Assembly (NCBI GenBank): GCA_963776275.1
Contig: CAVZMI010000028.1
Location: 48,868-112,867 of the forward strand
Origin: Ignavibacteriota bacterium
Lineage (GTDB): Bacteria > Bacteroidota > Ignavibacteria > UBA10030 > CAVZMI01
DNA: 64,000 nt
Direction: 5' to 3'
A program made the position numbers and the translations under genes. The notes below the pieces were generated by a model. That model did no database searches and was not told where the DNA came from. It worked only from the letters and a program-made list of their open reading frames with translations. How positions within the stretch are numbered: position 1 is the stretch's first letter; each line of letters begins with the position of its first letter. Positions 42,192-53,686 of the stretch are shown one piece after another.

Positions 42192-42205
42192 TGGAAGCGC
42201 TTCCA
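42192..42205. promoter_or_regulatory. LacI-type operator
   Basis: Perfect 14-bp palindrome TGGAAGCGCTTCCA immediately upstream of the LacI gene; TTGACT -35 on the minus strand at 42229-42234. Confidence 0.75.
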
Positions 42206-42357
42206 AAAATCCGAATTTTCCTTCTCAGAGTCAAGCTTTTTTTTGCTGGAATTCAATTTTTTTAAAAATCTTATTGCTTAGGATAGAAAAGGGTGCTGTG
42301 TTAATAATAGCCGAAAAAGCCTTGCTTTTCGAAGAAGTAGAGACCTTGTCGAACCTG

Positions 42358-42752
42358 TTTACCGTGAGCTTGTCGAACGGTCGAGACCCGGTCGAACGGT
42401 CGAATCACTTGTGGTGAGCTTGCCTGCCGTGAGTCTATCGAACGGTCGAACCACTTGTGGTGAGCTTGCCTGCCGTGAGCTTGTCGAACGGTCGAACCAC
42501 TTGTGGTGAGCTTGCCTGCCGTGAGCTTGTCGAACGGTCGAACCACTTGTGGTGAGCTTGCCTGCCGTGAGCTTGTCGAACGGTCGAACCACTTGTGGTG
42601 AGCTTGCCTGCCGTGAGCTTGTCGAACGGTCGAACCACTTGTGGTGAGCTTGCCTGCCGTGAGCTTGTCGAACGGTCGAACCACTTGTGGTGAGCCCCTC
42701 GACCCCTCGATAAACTCGGGGCAAGCAAGCTCGGGGTAAACTTGTCGAACCA
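42358..42752. repeat. 46-bp tandem repeat (6 full units, 42405-42680) built from nested 23-bp palindromic units
   Basis: Unit CCACTTGTGGTGAGCTTGCCTGCCGTGAGCTTGTCGAACGGTCGAA; no spacers. Confidence 0.92.
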
Positions 42753-42805
42753 TGATTGTATTTTGTTCGGGGAGTCGAGACAACTTATTCCAGACGCATT
42801 GATTC

Positions 42806-44329
42806 TCATTTTTCCGCTACGCGGTTCAATCTATCCGGTTTACATCGCCCGTAGAGCTCGGTCAACTTGTATAATTTGTTTGTCGCCCGGGATTCAATTT
42901 TATCCCATGTAAACCGCCATTCCCAATTTCCTTCAATAGTACCGGGAAAGTTCATTCTTCCATCACTTCCAAGTCCGATGATATCCTGCAATGGTATCAC
43001 TGCAATATCTGCAACCGATTGTAATGCAAGCTTGATCAAGTCCCAATTTATTTTATGACCATCCGTTCCGCAATATCGCTTGACAAAATCGCGTTCCTGT
43101 TCAGTAGCCTTGTCATACCAGCCAAGAGTTGTATCATTATCGTGTGTGCCGGTAAATACGACATAATTTTTTTCATGGGTGTGTGGGAGAAAATTATCTT
43201 CCGGACCGCTTGAAAATGCAAATTGCAGCACTTTCATTCCTGGGAAACCAAATTTTTCCCGCAGAGCGACGACTGCCGGCGTGATTACACCGAGGTCCTC
43301 CGCAATAATCGGAAGAGTACCTAGTTCCCGCTTCACCGCCTTGAAGAGGTTTTCCCCCGGTTCCTTCACCCATCGACCGATCCTCGCTGTTTTTTCTTTT
43401 GCAGGTATTTCCCAGTACGCTTCAAATCCCCGGAAGTGATCGATGCGGATAATATCAAACAGCTCGAATGTCTTCCGGAAGCGTTCAATCCACCACCGAT
43501 ATTTTTGCTCCTTCATTTTATTCCATCGATATAATGGATTACCCCACCGTTGTCCGTCTTCGCTGAAATAGTCGGGAGGAACACCCGCTACCACGATAGG
43601 CATTCCATCTTTATCCAGAGAGAAAGCTTCTTGATTTGACCATACATCTGCACTATGATGTGCAACAAAGATGGGGATGTCGCCGACAAGTTTTACGTTT
43701 CTTTCGTTTGCATACTTCCTCATTTTTTTCCATTGGCGGGCGAAGCACCATTGTGTGAACTTATGAAAGATGACATATTCGCGCAATTCGTCTGCAGAAT
43801 TCTTCAAGGTATGTGTATTCCGATGCACGAGATCATGATCCCAGGAAATCCATCCGTTACCGTCATACCGATCATTCAGTGCTTGAAAGAGGGAATAGTC
43901 CTCAAGCCACGATTTTTCGGTGCTGCAATAAGTCTCGAATTGTTGACTGTATTCTCCATTTCTTTTTTGGAAGAAATTTTTTGCTGCTTTAGCAAGCATC
44001 GCCATTCGAGCTGTTGTAACCTGTGGATAGTTGACACGTTGATCTGAAAAGTGCGGCATTCCATCAAGATCATCCTTTGTCAACCAACCGTGTGAGACCA
44101 ATTCGTATAGGTCGATAAATAACGGACTCCCGGCAAAAGCCGAAAGAGACATATATGGCGAGTTTGCCATACCTGCCGGACCTATTGGAAGCATTTGCCA
44201 GAGCGATTGACCGGTTGATGATAACAAATCGATAAATTTATATGACTCTGCGCCAAGATCTCCAGAACCGAAAGGACCCGGTAAGGATGTTGGATGTAAA
44301 AGAATTCCGCTGCTACGAGGAAACCTCAT
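42806..44329 (-). CDS. malQ: 4-alpha-glucanotransferase (amylomaltase, GH77)
   Basis: SGILLHPTSLP, GDIPIFV, GVPPDYFSEDGQRWGNP, RIDHFRGF, AEDLG, TGTHDNDT, RMNFPG. Confidence 0.97.
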   Translation of the reverse strand: MRFPRSSGILLHPTSLPGPFGSGDLGAESYKFIDLLSSTGQSLWQMLPIGPAGMANSPYMSLSAFAGSPLFIDLYELVSHGWLTKDDLDGMPHFSDQRVNYPQVTTARMAMLAKAAKNFFQKRNGEYSQQFETYCSTEKSWLEDYSLFQALNDRYDGNGWISWDHDLVHRNTHTLKNSADELREYVIFHKFTQWCFARQWKKMRKYANERNVKLVGDIPIFVAHHSADVWSNQEAFSLDKDGMPIVVAGVPPDYFSEDGQRWGNPLYRWNKMKEQKYRWWIERFRKTFELFDIIRIDHFRGFEAYWEIPAKEKTARIGRWVKEPGENLFKAVKRELGTLPIIAEDLGVITPAVVALREKFGFPGMKVLQFAFSSGPEDNFLPHTHEKNYVVFTGTHDNDTTLGWYDKATEQERDFVKRYCGTDGHKINWDLIKLALQSVADIAVIPLQDIIGLGSDGRMNFPGTIEGNWEWRFTWDKIESRATNKLYKLTELYGRCKPDRLNRVAEK

Positions 44330-44616
44330 CTATATCCTTCCTATTTAATACATTTTTACTTAAAGATTGCACTTGCATTTCGAATACAGCGAGTTAAACA
44401 TAAAGAAGCATCTGCACAAAGGCAAGGGAAAAATGCAAAACCATTCAAAGACCAATAATCAGAACCAAAAATACGTGGTGCATGTCTTCGCGGTGTCTTG
44501 CACAATAATTTGGGAAAAGCTCTCGTTGATGGCCAAGATTGACATATTGCGGTTGATTCTCGCCCCATATTTTCATTACTTTAGTAAAATTATTTCAGGG
44601 AATGAAAGGAATTTCA

Positions 44617-45612
44617 ATGGATGAATATCATGCTTTAGATGCTCGATACGATTCAATGAAATATAACCGCTGCGGCCGCAGCGGACTCAAACTGCCGGCC
44701 ATCTCGCTCGGACTCTGGCATAACTTCGGCGGAGTAGATGCGCCGGGAAATTCACGCGCGATGATCAGGCGTGCATTCGATCTCGGCATAACGCATTTCG
44801 ACCTTGCGAATAATTATGGACCTCCGCCGGGTTCGGCAGAAGAGACCTTCGGAAAAATTCTTCGACAGGATCTATCAAGCTACCGGGATGAACTCATCAT
44901 CTCTACGAAGGCAGGATACCTGATGTGGCCGGGACCGTATGGTGAATGGGGGTCGCGCAAATACCTCGTTGCAAGTCTGGATCAGAGTCTGCGCCGTATG
45001 GGATTGGAGTATGTAGATATTTTTTATCACCACAGGCCGGATCCTGAAACTCCCCCGGAAGAAACGATGCAGGCGCTCGACAGTATTGTGCGCAGCGGCA
45101 AGGCTCTCTATACAGGCATCTCGAATTATAATGCAGAACAGACACAACATGCCGCACAAATATTACAGTCACTCGGAACACCCTGTTTGATTCATCAGCC
45201 CAAGTACAATATGTTCGACAGGTGGATTGAAGACGGCCTGCTACGGGTGCTCCGTGAGAAGGGAATTGGCTGCATCGTGTTCTCACCGCTGGCTCAGGGT
45301 ATGCTGACCGACAGATATCTTGATGGAATTCCCGATGGCTCGCGTGCAAGCAAACCACATGGTTTTCTTAGACCGAATCAAATTACAGAAGACAAATTGT
45401 CCCGCGTGCGGCGCTTGAACGAGCTGGCAGTGAAACGGGGCCAAACACTGGCACAAATGGCACTCGCGTGGGTCTTACGGCATCCCGAAGTGACTTCGGC
45501 CGTTGTCGGAGCCAGTCGTGTGTCGCAAATCGAAAATGCAGTAGCGGCGTTGAATGATTTGACGTTTACACAGGAGGAATTGAAGAAAATAGATAATATT
45601 ATCAAGTCATGA
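44617..45612 (+). CDS. gpr: L-glyceraldehyde 3-phosphate reductase (aldo/keto reductase)
   Basis: CGRSGLKLPAISLGLWHNFG, THFDLANNYGPPPGSAE, ISTKAGY, GPYGEWGSRKY. Confidence 0.92.
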   Translation: MDEYHALDARYDSMKYNRCGRSGLKLPAISLGLWHNFGGVDAPGNSRAMIRRAFDLGITHFDLANNYGPPPGSAEETFGKILRQDLSSYRDELIISTKAGYLMWPGPYGEWGSRKYLVASLDQSLRRMGLEYVDIFYHHRPDPETPPEETMQALDSIVRSGKALYTGISNYNAEQTQHAAQILQSLGTPCLIHQPKYNMFDRWIEDGLLRVLREKGIGCIVFSPLAQGMLTDRYLDGIPDGSRASKPHGFLRPNQITEDKLSRVRRLNELAVKRGQTLAQMALAWVLRHPEVTSAVVGASRVSQIENAVAALNDLTFTQEELKKIDNIIKS

Positions 45613-45749
45613 ATATTTTTCGTTGAATAAGGGTCTTTTTCGGTTGTTTGTTTCCGTCGACTTTCGTACAATTTAATAAGTCTTCCCGATTCCATACAAG
45701 GACAAATGCTGAATAATTTATTTATCATATCCTAACTCTGGAGAACGCC

Positions 45750-46718
45750 ATGACAATTACTCCCATGACTCTCGGTGAGATATTCGACCGGCTCTTTAAA
45801 CTGATCGGAAAAACCTGGCTCCGAAGCCTTATCCTAGTTTCGATTATTATGGTGCTGCCTGCCGTAATATTCATCCTCGGAATGGATTCTTTCTTCTCCG
45901 AAATTGCAAATATGATCAACGATAAAGCGATCGGAGGGGCGAATATCCCTGAAGGATTCGGAAGTATGTTGATTACTATGATAGGATTTTTCATAGGATT
46001 AACCTTCTTTGTTTTGGGAACGGAAGCAGCTACCTTAGGCGTCACTATCACGAGCTGCGAGGAAATGAACGGGCAGTATATCACCTGGGAGGAAGCATTG
46101 CGCCGAATGTTCAGCATACGATTTCTGCGGCTGATAGGACAAAACATACTGATAGGACTTGTAATCGTCGGTTTGGTTCTTATTCCATATATCCTGCTTA
46201 TCGCTGCAATCGCGGCAAAATCGTTTCTGTTAGGATTCTTTGCGGTTCTACTTCTATTAACTTCCATAGGGTTTATCGTCTTTCTTACTACAAATTGGGC
46301 TTTTACGGTTCAGGCTATAGGGTGGGAGGATGCGAATATTTTTCAGTCCTTCAGGCGAAGCAGGCAACTTGTCCGTGGTAACTGGTGGCGCGTCTTTGGA
46401 ATTCTACTGCTGATGAATATAATGCTGAGCTTTGCGGTCTCTCTTATTATAACACCGGTATATCTTATCGCGATGTGGGATTTCTTCGCTTCTTATTTTT
46501 CGATGCTGGGTTCGGCCGGTTCAAAAGAAGTCGATCCTACGGCGATTTTTGAGACTTTCAGAACAATTGGAATTCGTATAGGATTAGTCGGCAGCCTAAG
46601 CACCGTACTGCAACTTCTGGTAAGCCCGTTGTACACAACAGTGCTGTATTTCGATCTTCGTGCACGAGATGAATTAAATGTTCAACTGAGGCAAACTGAT
46701 ACGACAATTACGATATGA
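45750..46718 (+). CDS. integral membrane protein (GDPD membrane-anchor-like domain)
   Basis: PMTLGEIFD, RSRQLVRGNWWRVFG, LYFDLRAR; several TM helices. Confidence 0.75.
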   Translation: MTITPMTLGEIFDRLFKLIGKTWLRSLILVSIIMVLPAVIFILGMDSFFSEIANMINDKAIGGANIPEGFGSMLITMIGFFIGLTFFVLGTEAATLGVTITSCEEMNGQYITWEEALRRMFSIRFLRLIGQNILIGLVIVGLVLIPYILLIAAIAAKSFLLGFFAVLLLLTSIGFIVFLTTNWAFTVQAIGWEDANIFQSFRRSRQLVRGNWWRVFGILLLMNIMLSFAVSLIITPVYLIAMWDFFASYFSMLGSAGSKEVDPTAIFETFRTIGIRIGLVGSLSTVLQLLVSPLYTTVLYFDLRARDELNVQLRQTDTTITI

Positions 46719-47674
46719 TGAATACGGAAAGCCAACCGCAGGTACAATCTGAAATCACGACGCCGGATGGTAATTCTCTTCTGGAGGGTTCATGGGAGCA
46801 GAGCGGTCGCAGTCTGAATACAGCTGCAATAATCGCACTCCTCGGCATCGGCATATTATATTTCAATGCAGAATCAATTATCGTCGTCATAACCATTGGC
46901 ATAGGCCAGCTTGTGTCGGGTGGTCCGGAAACGAGCGGTAATTATTTTGATAGGCTTTCAGAATTTATGAAATATTATGCCGCTCCGCTTCAGGCTGTTG
47001 TTTTAGTCTCGGAATTTAGCTTCATGTTGATGCCGGTTTTATGGCTAATCAAACGCTGGCATACGTCCGATATACGAGAGTACATCCGGCTTAAACGCAG
47101 TTCCTTCGTGGAAATCCTGCTGGCCGTCATTGCTACGCTGACTCTGATACCTGCAACCAATTGGATTGCCGATGAGTTGTTGCGTCAATTACACATCCCG
47201 GAAAAAATATTGGAAATGAATGCAGAAATTTTCACAGCACATTCTACCGGGGAATTACTATGGCTTGTGATCGTTATCTGTCTTACACCGGCGATTTGCG
47301 AGGAGATTTTCTTCCGGGGGTATGTACAACGCACGTTTGAACGGACGATACGATGGAAAAGCATTCTCCTGGTCGGAATAATCTTCGGCCTCTTCCATTT
47401 TCAGCCGCTGGGACTCGTATCGCTCTCAATGCTTGGTATACTTTTCGGATATTTTTATTACCGAAGTAAGGGTCTTCTCCCTTCAATGGCAGCACACTTT
47501 ACCAATAACTTTGTTGCTATTTTAATACTCTATCAGCCGATGGATACGCAACAGGAGGGAATCCGGTCAATTGCAGGCCAGTTTCCTTTGTGGCTTATTT
47601 GGGCAACACTGCCTGTAGAAATCGGAATATTATATCTATATCAAAAAGTAACAAACAAATATCATGCAGGGTAA
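46715..47674 (+). CDS. CPBP (Abi/CAAX) family intramembrane metalloprotease
   Basis: EEIFFRG, FGLFH, HFTNN motifs. Confidence 0.9.
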   Translation: MMNTESQPQVQSEITTPDGNSLLEGSWEQSGRSLNTAAIIALLGIGILYFNAESIIVVITIGIGQLVSGGPETSGNYFDRLSEFMKYYAAPLQAVVLVSEFSFMLMPVLWLIKRWHTSDIREYIRLKRSSFVEILLAVIATLTLIPATNWIADELLRQLHIPEKILEMNAEIFTAHSTGELLWLVIVICLTPAICEEIFFRGYVQRTFERTIRWKSILLVGIIFGLFHFQPLGLVSLSMLGILFGYFYYRSKGLLPSMAAHFTNNFVAILILYQPMDTQQEGIRSIAGQFPLWLIWATLPVEIGILYLYQKVTNKYHAG

Positions 47675-47841
47675 CCACTATCATGCCGATCAATAGACAT
47701 GAAAACCGGATTCTGTGTGTGGGAGAAGAGATCATAAAACGGTCGGTTGGCAGACTAACATGAAGAGAAATTAAGTAGACATAACTATATTTAATTAATA
47801 CATCACACCCATATAATCCATAATTACTACTACGTGAAATC

Positions 47842-50764
47842 ATGAGAAATAAAACGAGTAAAATTAGACTGATGCTGGTTATGGCATTACTGCTGGTACC
47901 AAGCATCCCGGTTTCAGGACAATCCAGTTTCCGGAACCCGGCAACTTCTGCCGGACGCGAACGGTTGTTAATGGATTTCGGATGGCGTTTCGCCTTCGGA
48001 CATGTATTTAATACAGACAAAGATTTTAATCATGCGACCCGGTACCATTCCTATTTTGCTAAAGCAGGTTATGGTGACGGCCCCGCTGCAAAAAATTTTG
48101 ACGATCGCGCCTGGCGGATACTCAACCTTCCTCACGATTGGGCGGTGGAGCTCCCTTTTGATGCGAAAGCCAGTTCCAGTCACGGCTTTAAAACAGTCGG
48201 TAGGAACTTCCCGGAAACCAGTATCGGCTGGTACAGGAGGACTTTTTTCATTCCGGAATCTGATCTTGGCCGACGTATCAGTATTGAGTTTGACGGCGTC
48301 CACCGGAATTCGACTGTCTGGATCAACGGATTCTATCTGGGTGAAGAACACAGCGGCTACTCGGGCTTTCAGTATGACGTCACCGACTATTTGAATTATG
48401 GCGAAGATAATGTTGTCGCCGTTCGTGTCGACGCAACAATGGAAGAAGGCTGGTACTATGAAGGCGCGGGTATTTATCGCCATGTCTGGCTTAATAAAAC
48501 ATCATCGCTCCACATTGCACCGTACGGGACATTCGTCTCATCCGATCTTGTGGAAAATTCGGCGATTGTCACGGCTCGGGCGACGGTTACCAATGAAGTG
48601 ACCGCACGATGAAAATTTCTATATCGCTCAGATCATAGTTGATGCAAACGGAGTAACAATCGCGAGAGGAGAGTTAGTACAGCTTGAACTGAAGCCGGGC
48701 GATATCAAAGAGTCTTCATGTTTGATACGGGTCGAGAATCCATCACTGTGGTCGGTCGAAACGCCGTACCTTTATACGCTCATCACCACTCTCAGTTCCG
48801 GCGGCTCCGTAATAGACCGGTATGAAACCACATTCGGCATCCGGACTATTCGTTTTGATCCAAGGGAAGGATTTTTCCTTAACGGTAAACATGTGTATCT
48901 CAAAGGCACGAATAACCACCAGGATCATGCCGGTGTCGGTACTGCAATGCCAGACGCCCTCCAGGAATTTCGTATTAGGCGTCTGAAAGGGATGGGATCG
49001 AACGCCTACCGCTGTGCGCATAATCCTCCCACTCCGGAGCTGCTTGATGTATGTGACCGTCTTGGCATGCTCGTGATCGACGAAAACCGATTAATGGGCA
49101 GCAATACAGAGCACCTCGATCTGCTCAGGCGCTTGATCATGCGAGACAGGAACCATCCCAGCGTGATAATCTGGTCGATAGGTAACGAAGAGTGGGCTAT
49201 CGAAGGGAATGTCACGGGTGCACGCATTGCATCAACAATGCAGACATTTGCGCAGCGTCTTGACTCGACACGCCGTTTCACATATGCAAACAGCGGCGGG
49301 TGGGGAAAAGGCATCTCCACGGTCCAGGATGTCATGGGATTCAATTATATTTTTAACGGAGACATCGACAGGCAAACCATGGATTTTCCCGATCAGCCGC
49401 GGATCGGTACCGAAGAAACGACATCACGCGGAACCCGCGGTATCTATGAAGACGACACGGTCAATGCACATATGACGGCAACCGACAGAAAATCTGCAGG
49501 ACGCAGTCTGGAAGAAGGATTTAAATTTTATGCCGCACGTCCTTTTCTGTCCGGTTTGTTCTTTTGGACTGGGTTCGATTATCGTGGTGAACCGAATCCG
49601 TTCGGCTGGCCTCAAGTAAGTACTCAATACGGCATCCTGGATCTCTGCGGTTTTCCAAAAGACATGTTCTATTATCTCAGATCGCGGTGGACAGATGAAC
49701 CTGTACTTCATATTTTTCCTCACTGGAACTGGAAACAGAAAGTTGGACAGTCGATCAATGTATGGGCTTATAGTAACTGTGATGATGTCGAACTTTTCCT
49801 GAATAATAGAAGTCTCGGACTGCAAATCATGCCTAAGAACTCACATATAGAATGGATGGTGAATTATGAACCGGGGACACTGCTCGCACATGGTTATAAG
49901 AATGGTAAAGAAATTATAACCGATCAGATCGAGACCACCGCAGAACCGGCGATCGTTACACTCACTCCTGACCGTTACTCAATAAGAGCCGACGGTGAAG
50001 ATATATCGGTGATTACAGTACAGGTCGCCGACATGAATGGAAGAACTGTGCCCACAGCCGGGAACGAAATTGCTTTTTCTATACAAGGACCGGGAAGAAT
50101 CATTGGCGTGGGGAATGGCGATCCATCGTCGCATGAACCCGATAGTTATTTTGAGGAAATTAATCAGATAAGAATTGATGGCCTTAAAGCACAAGCAGTG
50201 CGGACAGTGGAGAGTTATCCTGAAACAAGTCCCGATTTTAACGACTCAAACTGGCCGTCTGCACTCGATGAACAGGGTAATTACAACGCAAAAACGAACG
50301 ATATATTTAAGACGATTGTTATTCGCGGCACATTCAATTTAACCCGCCTGACAGACGATGAAGAAATATCGTTGTGGCCAAAAAGTCTGGGCGAAGAACA
50401 GGCAATTTATGTGAATGGACATTGTGTGGCGAAAAAAATCAAGCGTGACGATGCCGTTCAAAAATATATACTTGATCATTCCATTCTGCATGAAGGTAAT
50501 AACATTTATTCAATCGTCGGGACCCCGCTAATTCCAAGATACCTTTATGATAATCTTAATACCGATGCGGGTATCATCCGGGTTTTCACACCAACGGACA
50601 TCTGTAAGCGTAAGGTATTCAATGGATTGGCACAAGTGATCGTACAATCAGACAAGCAATGGGGCGAAATAACACTGACAGCAACTTCGCAAGGTTTATC
50701 AAAAGCAGTGCTAAGACTTCGTGCTCAATCCGCTAGGCTTCGCCCGGCGGTGCCGACGAAGTGA
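47842..50764 (+). CDS. GH2 beta-galactosidase (one apparent frameshift near 48598-48603)
   Basis: LPHDW, FDGV, YEGAGIYR; reading resumes PHDENF...FGIR, HQDHAGVG, WSIGNEE, WTGFDYRGEP. Confidence 0.92.
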
Positions 50765-50775
50765 GCGGATGAGTA

Positions 50776-53581
50776 TTAAAATTGTACAATCTGTTCTTTA
50801 CCCTGATAGTGAATGACTTTATCGGGTTTCTCTGTCATTTCTATCCCGATGCCTTTATCTTTATTCACAATGATAATTTCAAAGTCGCGGTTTTCCAACA
50901 TCCCTGGGAATGAACCGCTCCGCTTGCCTATTGTAAGCCGGTGTTTCGCATCGTCCCACGTGAAATCGATTGTTGCGAAGAATCCTTTTTCATAATTATA
51001 ATTATCATTTTCATCTTCATAGAGTGTAAAGCTTCCGTCTGCACCGGGATAAATACGCAGTTCGATGGGATCGGCAGGTTTCTCAGTTGTATACTGAATA
51101 AAAGGTCCCATCGGTATTATTGAACCCGCTCTTACAAGCAGAGGTATTTTATCTATCGGTGCATCTGAAAGAATGTTTTGACCGCCTGAATTGATTTCGC
51201 CCGTCCAAAAATCATACCATTGATGGGCTGCAGGTAAATATACTTTCCGGTTTTGTACTTTTGTCTCTGCTATTTTTTCTTTGGCGAAAATATCGGGTGT
51301 CTTCCAATAAAGTAAAACCCTTAAAGCACCCGTAGGATAATTCTCTGTCTCCATTACGAAATCATATTCTTTACCGGCCTGTAATTCTACAAAATCGGTA
51401 TACGCTTCAACACTTTGATAAATAAATTGTAATTCTTTCCCGTCGATGAAAATACGTTTAGGTCCGAAGCATTTGATGTGAAATTGGTGTTTTCCTGTCT
51501 GGGTTGGTACCAGTTTTCCAGACCAGCGAATTGCCAATGTTGAATCTGTGACATAATCCGGGCGTCCTGTATACCAGAAAATATTGATCGTAGAATCGAT
51601 TCTTTCGAGTGTCAGATTTTTATATTGTGTGTCTTTATAATATTCGGCATGTAAGCCCTGTGTACCGTCTTTCGTCTTAAAGTGTTCGGCAGTAACCGGG
51701 ATGCTCTGTTCAGGCGGTCGATGAAGCATGTACTCGGTAACAGGGCATACCATTATTGACGGACCAAACATGAACTGATCGTCGATGGAATAAGTATTCT
51801 TGTCATTCTCAAAATCCATGGGCAAGCCGCGCATTATTGTATATCCATTATTAGTGACCCGGTATGCCAATGAATAGATATAGGGGAGCAGGCGATAGCG
51901 CAAGTTGTCGAATTTTAAAAGCGTTTGAGAAAAATCGCCGAACTGCCATATTTCACGCGGAGTCTCTGAACCATGAGATCTGAATATCGGACAGAACGAG
52001 CCAAACTGAAACATCCGTGTGTATAGTTCCTGATAAGCCGGATCTTTACCACCGTTTGAGAAAACACCTCCGTAACTGCCGATGACAAAACCGCCGATAT
52101 CAAATGTCCAGTACGGGATGCCGGCCATACAATGGTTAAGACCTGCTGATATCTGGTTTCTAAAAATGCTCCAGTCGGCACCGATATCGCCCGACCATGT
52201 CGTCGCTGCAGCCCGCTGTTGACCTGCAAACGTCGATCGCGTAAGGATATAGACACGTTTCCGATCGGTTTCTTTGCGTTGATTTCTATAAACCGCCTCC
52301 GTCATGAGAAGCGAATAAGGATTGAGATATCTGGCAAAGGAACCTATATAATTTCTGCCCACTTTTTTCATTTCATACTCGGTAGATTCTTTTGTCAGCG
52401 CATTGATGATATCGGGCTCGGTTGAATCTATCCACCAGGCGTCAATACCTTTGGAGAATAATCCTTTTTTCATGTAGTACCAGTACAGGTCGTTAGCAGC
52501 AGGATTATATGCATCGTAAAATTTAAAACCGCCCCATCCGACAGGACTGTAGAGATACCCTCGCTGCTGCATGTCTTTATAAACCGGAGTATTTGGCCCT
52601 AATCCCGGCCAGATAGAAATCATGACATGAAAGTTCTGCCTGTGAAGGCTATCTATCATTTCTTGTGGATGAGGGAATTTTTTTTCGTCGAAGAATAATT
52701 GTCCCCAATTTTGTCCGCCATCCCAGTAATCCCAATCCTGGATGATATTATCGATAGGAATTCTACGATTGCGGTACTCCCATGCAATTCTCAACAATTC
52801 ATCGCGGTTTTCATAATGTTCTTTGCTTTGCCAGTATCCGTAGACCCACTTACCGTACATCGGAGCCTGTCCTGTAAGATTTCGGTAACCGGCTATGACG
52901 CTGTCCATTGAATCGCCGAAAATAAAATAGTAATCGATATTATCCGCAACGTCCGACCAGAGCGAGGTTTCTTTTTCGCTGTCTTTGAAAATTGTCTTCG
53001 AATAATTGTCCCACAGAATCCCATAATTTTTTGTAGAGATCATAAAAGGTGTAACCGCATCGGTGTTGGTTTGGACGAGCTTCACCGTGCGTCCGCGGTA
53101 ATTCATGTATCCGTATTGATGTTGCCCAAGTCCGTATATCCCTTCATCCGGCGGCAACACAAATCGCTGTTCAATTTGAAAAGTCTTATCGGCTGTCGGT
53201 GTAATAATCGCTTTTCCGCTCTCTTTCAGAATTTTATCGAGATCCCTTGTCAGGAATGCAAGAGAGCCGTCGATTTTTGAAATTCGTACGAGTAATTTTT
53301 CAGAACCTGCGATGATTTCCGGTTCCGATCTCGCGAGTACGGATATTTATCTCCGGCATCGTTTTCCGGATCACAACCAGGCTCGTCGTGTCGGGTGTCG
53401 TTCCGGGCAGCCATTTTACGACTCGGACTATATTATCTGCATAAAACTGCACTTTTATATTCAAGTCATTAATTTCTACCTGAACTCCGTTTTGGATTAT
53501 CTTCTTCTCTGCACGGAGATAAAAATTATGACTTGAAAAAACAAGAAGGAAGCCTAGTAAAAGAATATTCCGGCGTTTCAT
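50776..53581 (-). CDS. GH31 alpha-xylosidase-like enzyme with PA14 insertion (one apparent frameshift near 53321-53326)
   Basis: N-terminus in ORF 53300..53581 joins the frame of 50776..53160; QDWDYW, WWIDSTEPD, WSGDI, FRSHG, YEDENDNYNYE. Confidence 0.9.
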
Positions 53582-53596
53582 AGGTATGCACCTGAA

Positions 53597-53627
53597 TAAA
53601 AAGATGTCCCGCTAAAAGAGCGGGACA
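53597..53627 (-). terminator. intrinsic terminator after xylA
   Basis: Minus strand TGTCCCGCT-ctttt-AGCGGGACA then TCTTTTTA. Confidence 0.6.
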
Positions 53628-53686
53628 GTCGATAATAAGAATATAAAAATGTCTAGAAAAGCGGTTTATTAAGTAATTGTTGACTG

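Noticed and set aside
42358-42752. CRISPR array
   Set aside because: Units are contiguous near-identical 46-mers with no unique spacers and no cas genes
42301-42809. Three minus-strand ORFs with repeating peptides
   Set aside because: Products of a stop-poor 46-bp repeat read in all frames
1446-53581. Programmed frameshifting or mass pseudogenisation in six genes
   Set aside because: No slippery sites; lesions coincide with GGWCC and the genes are otherwise intact
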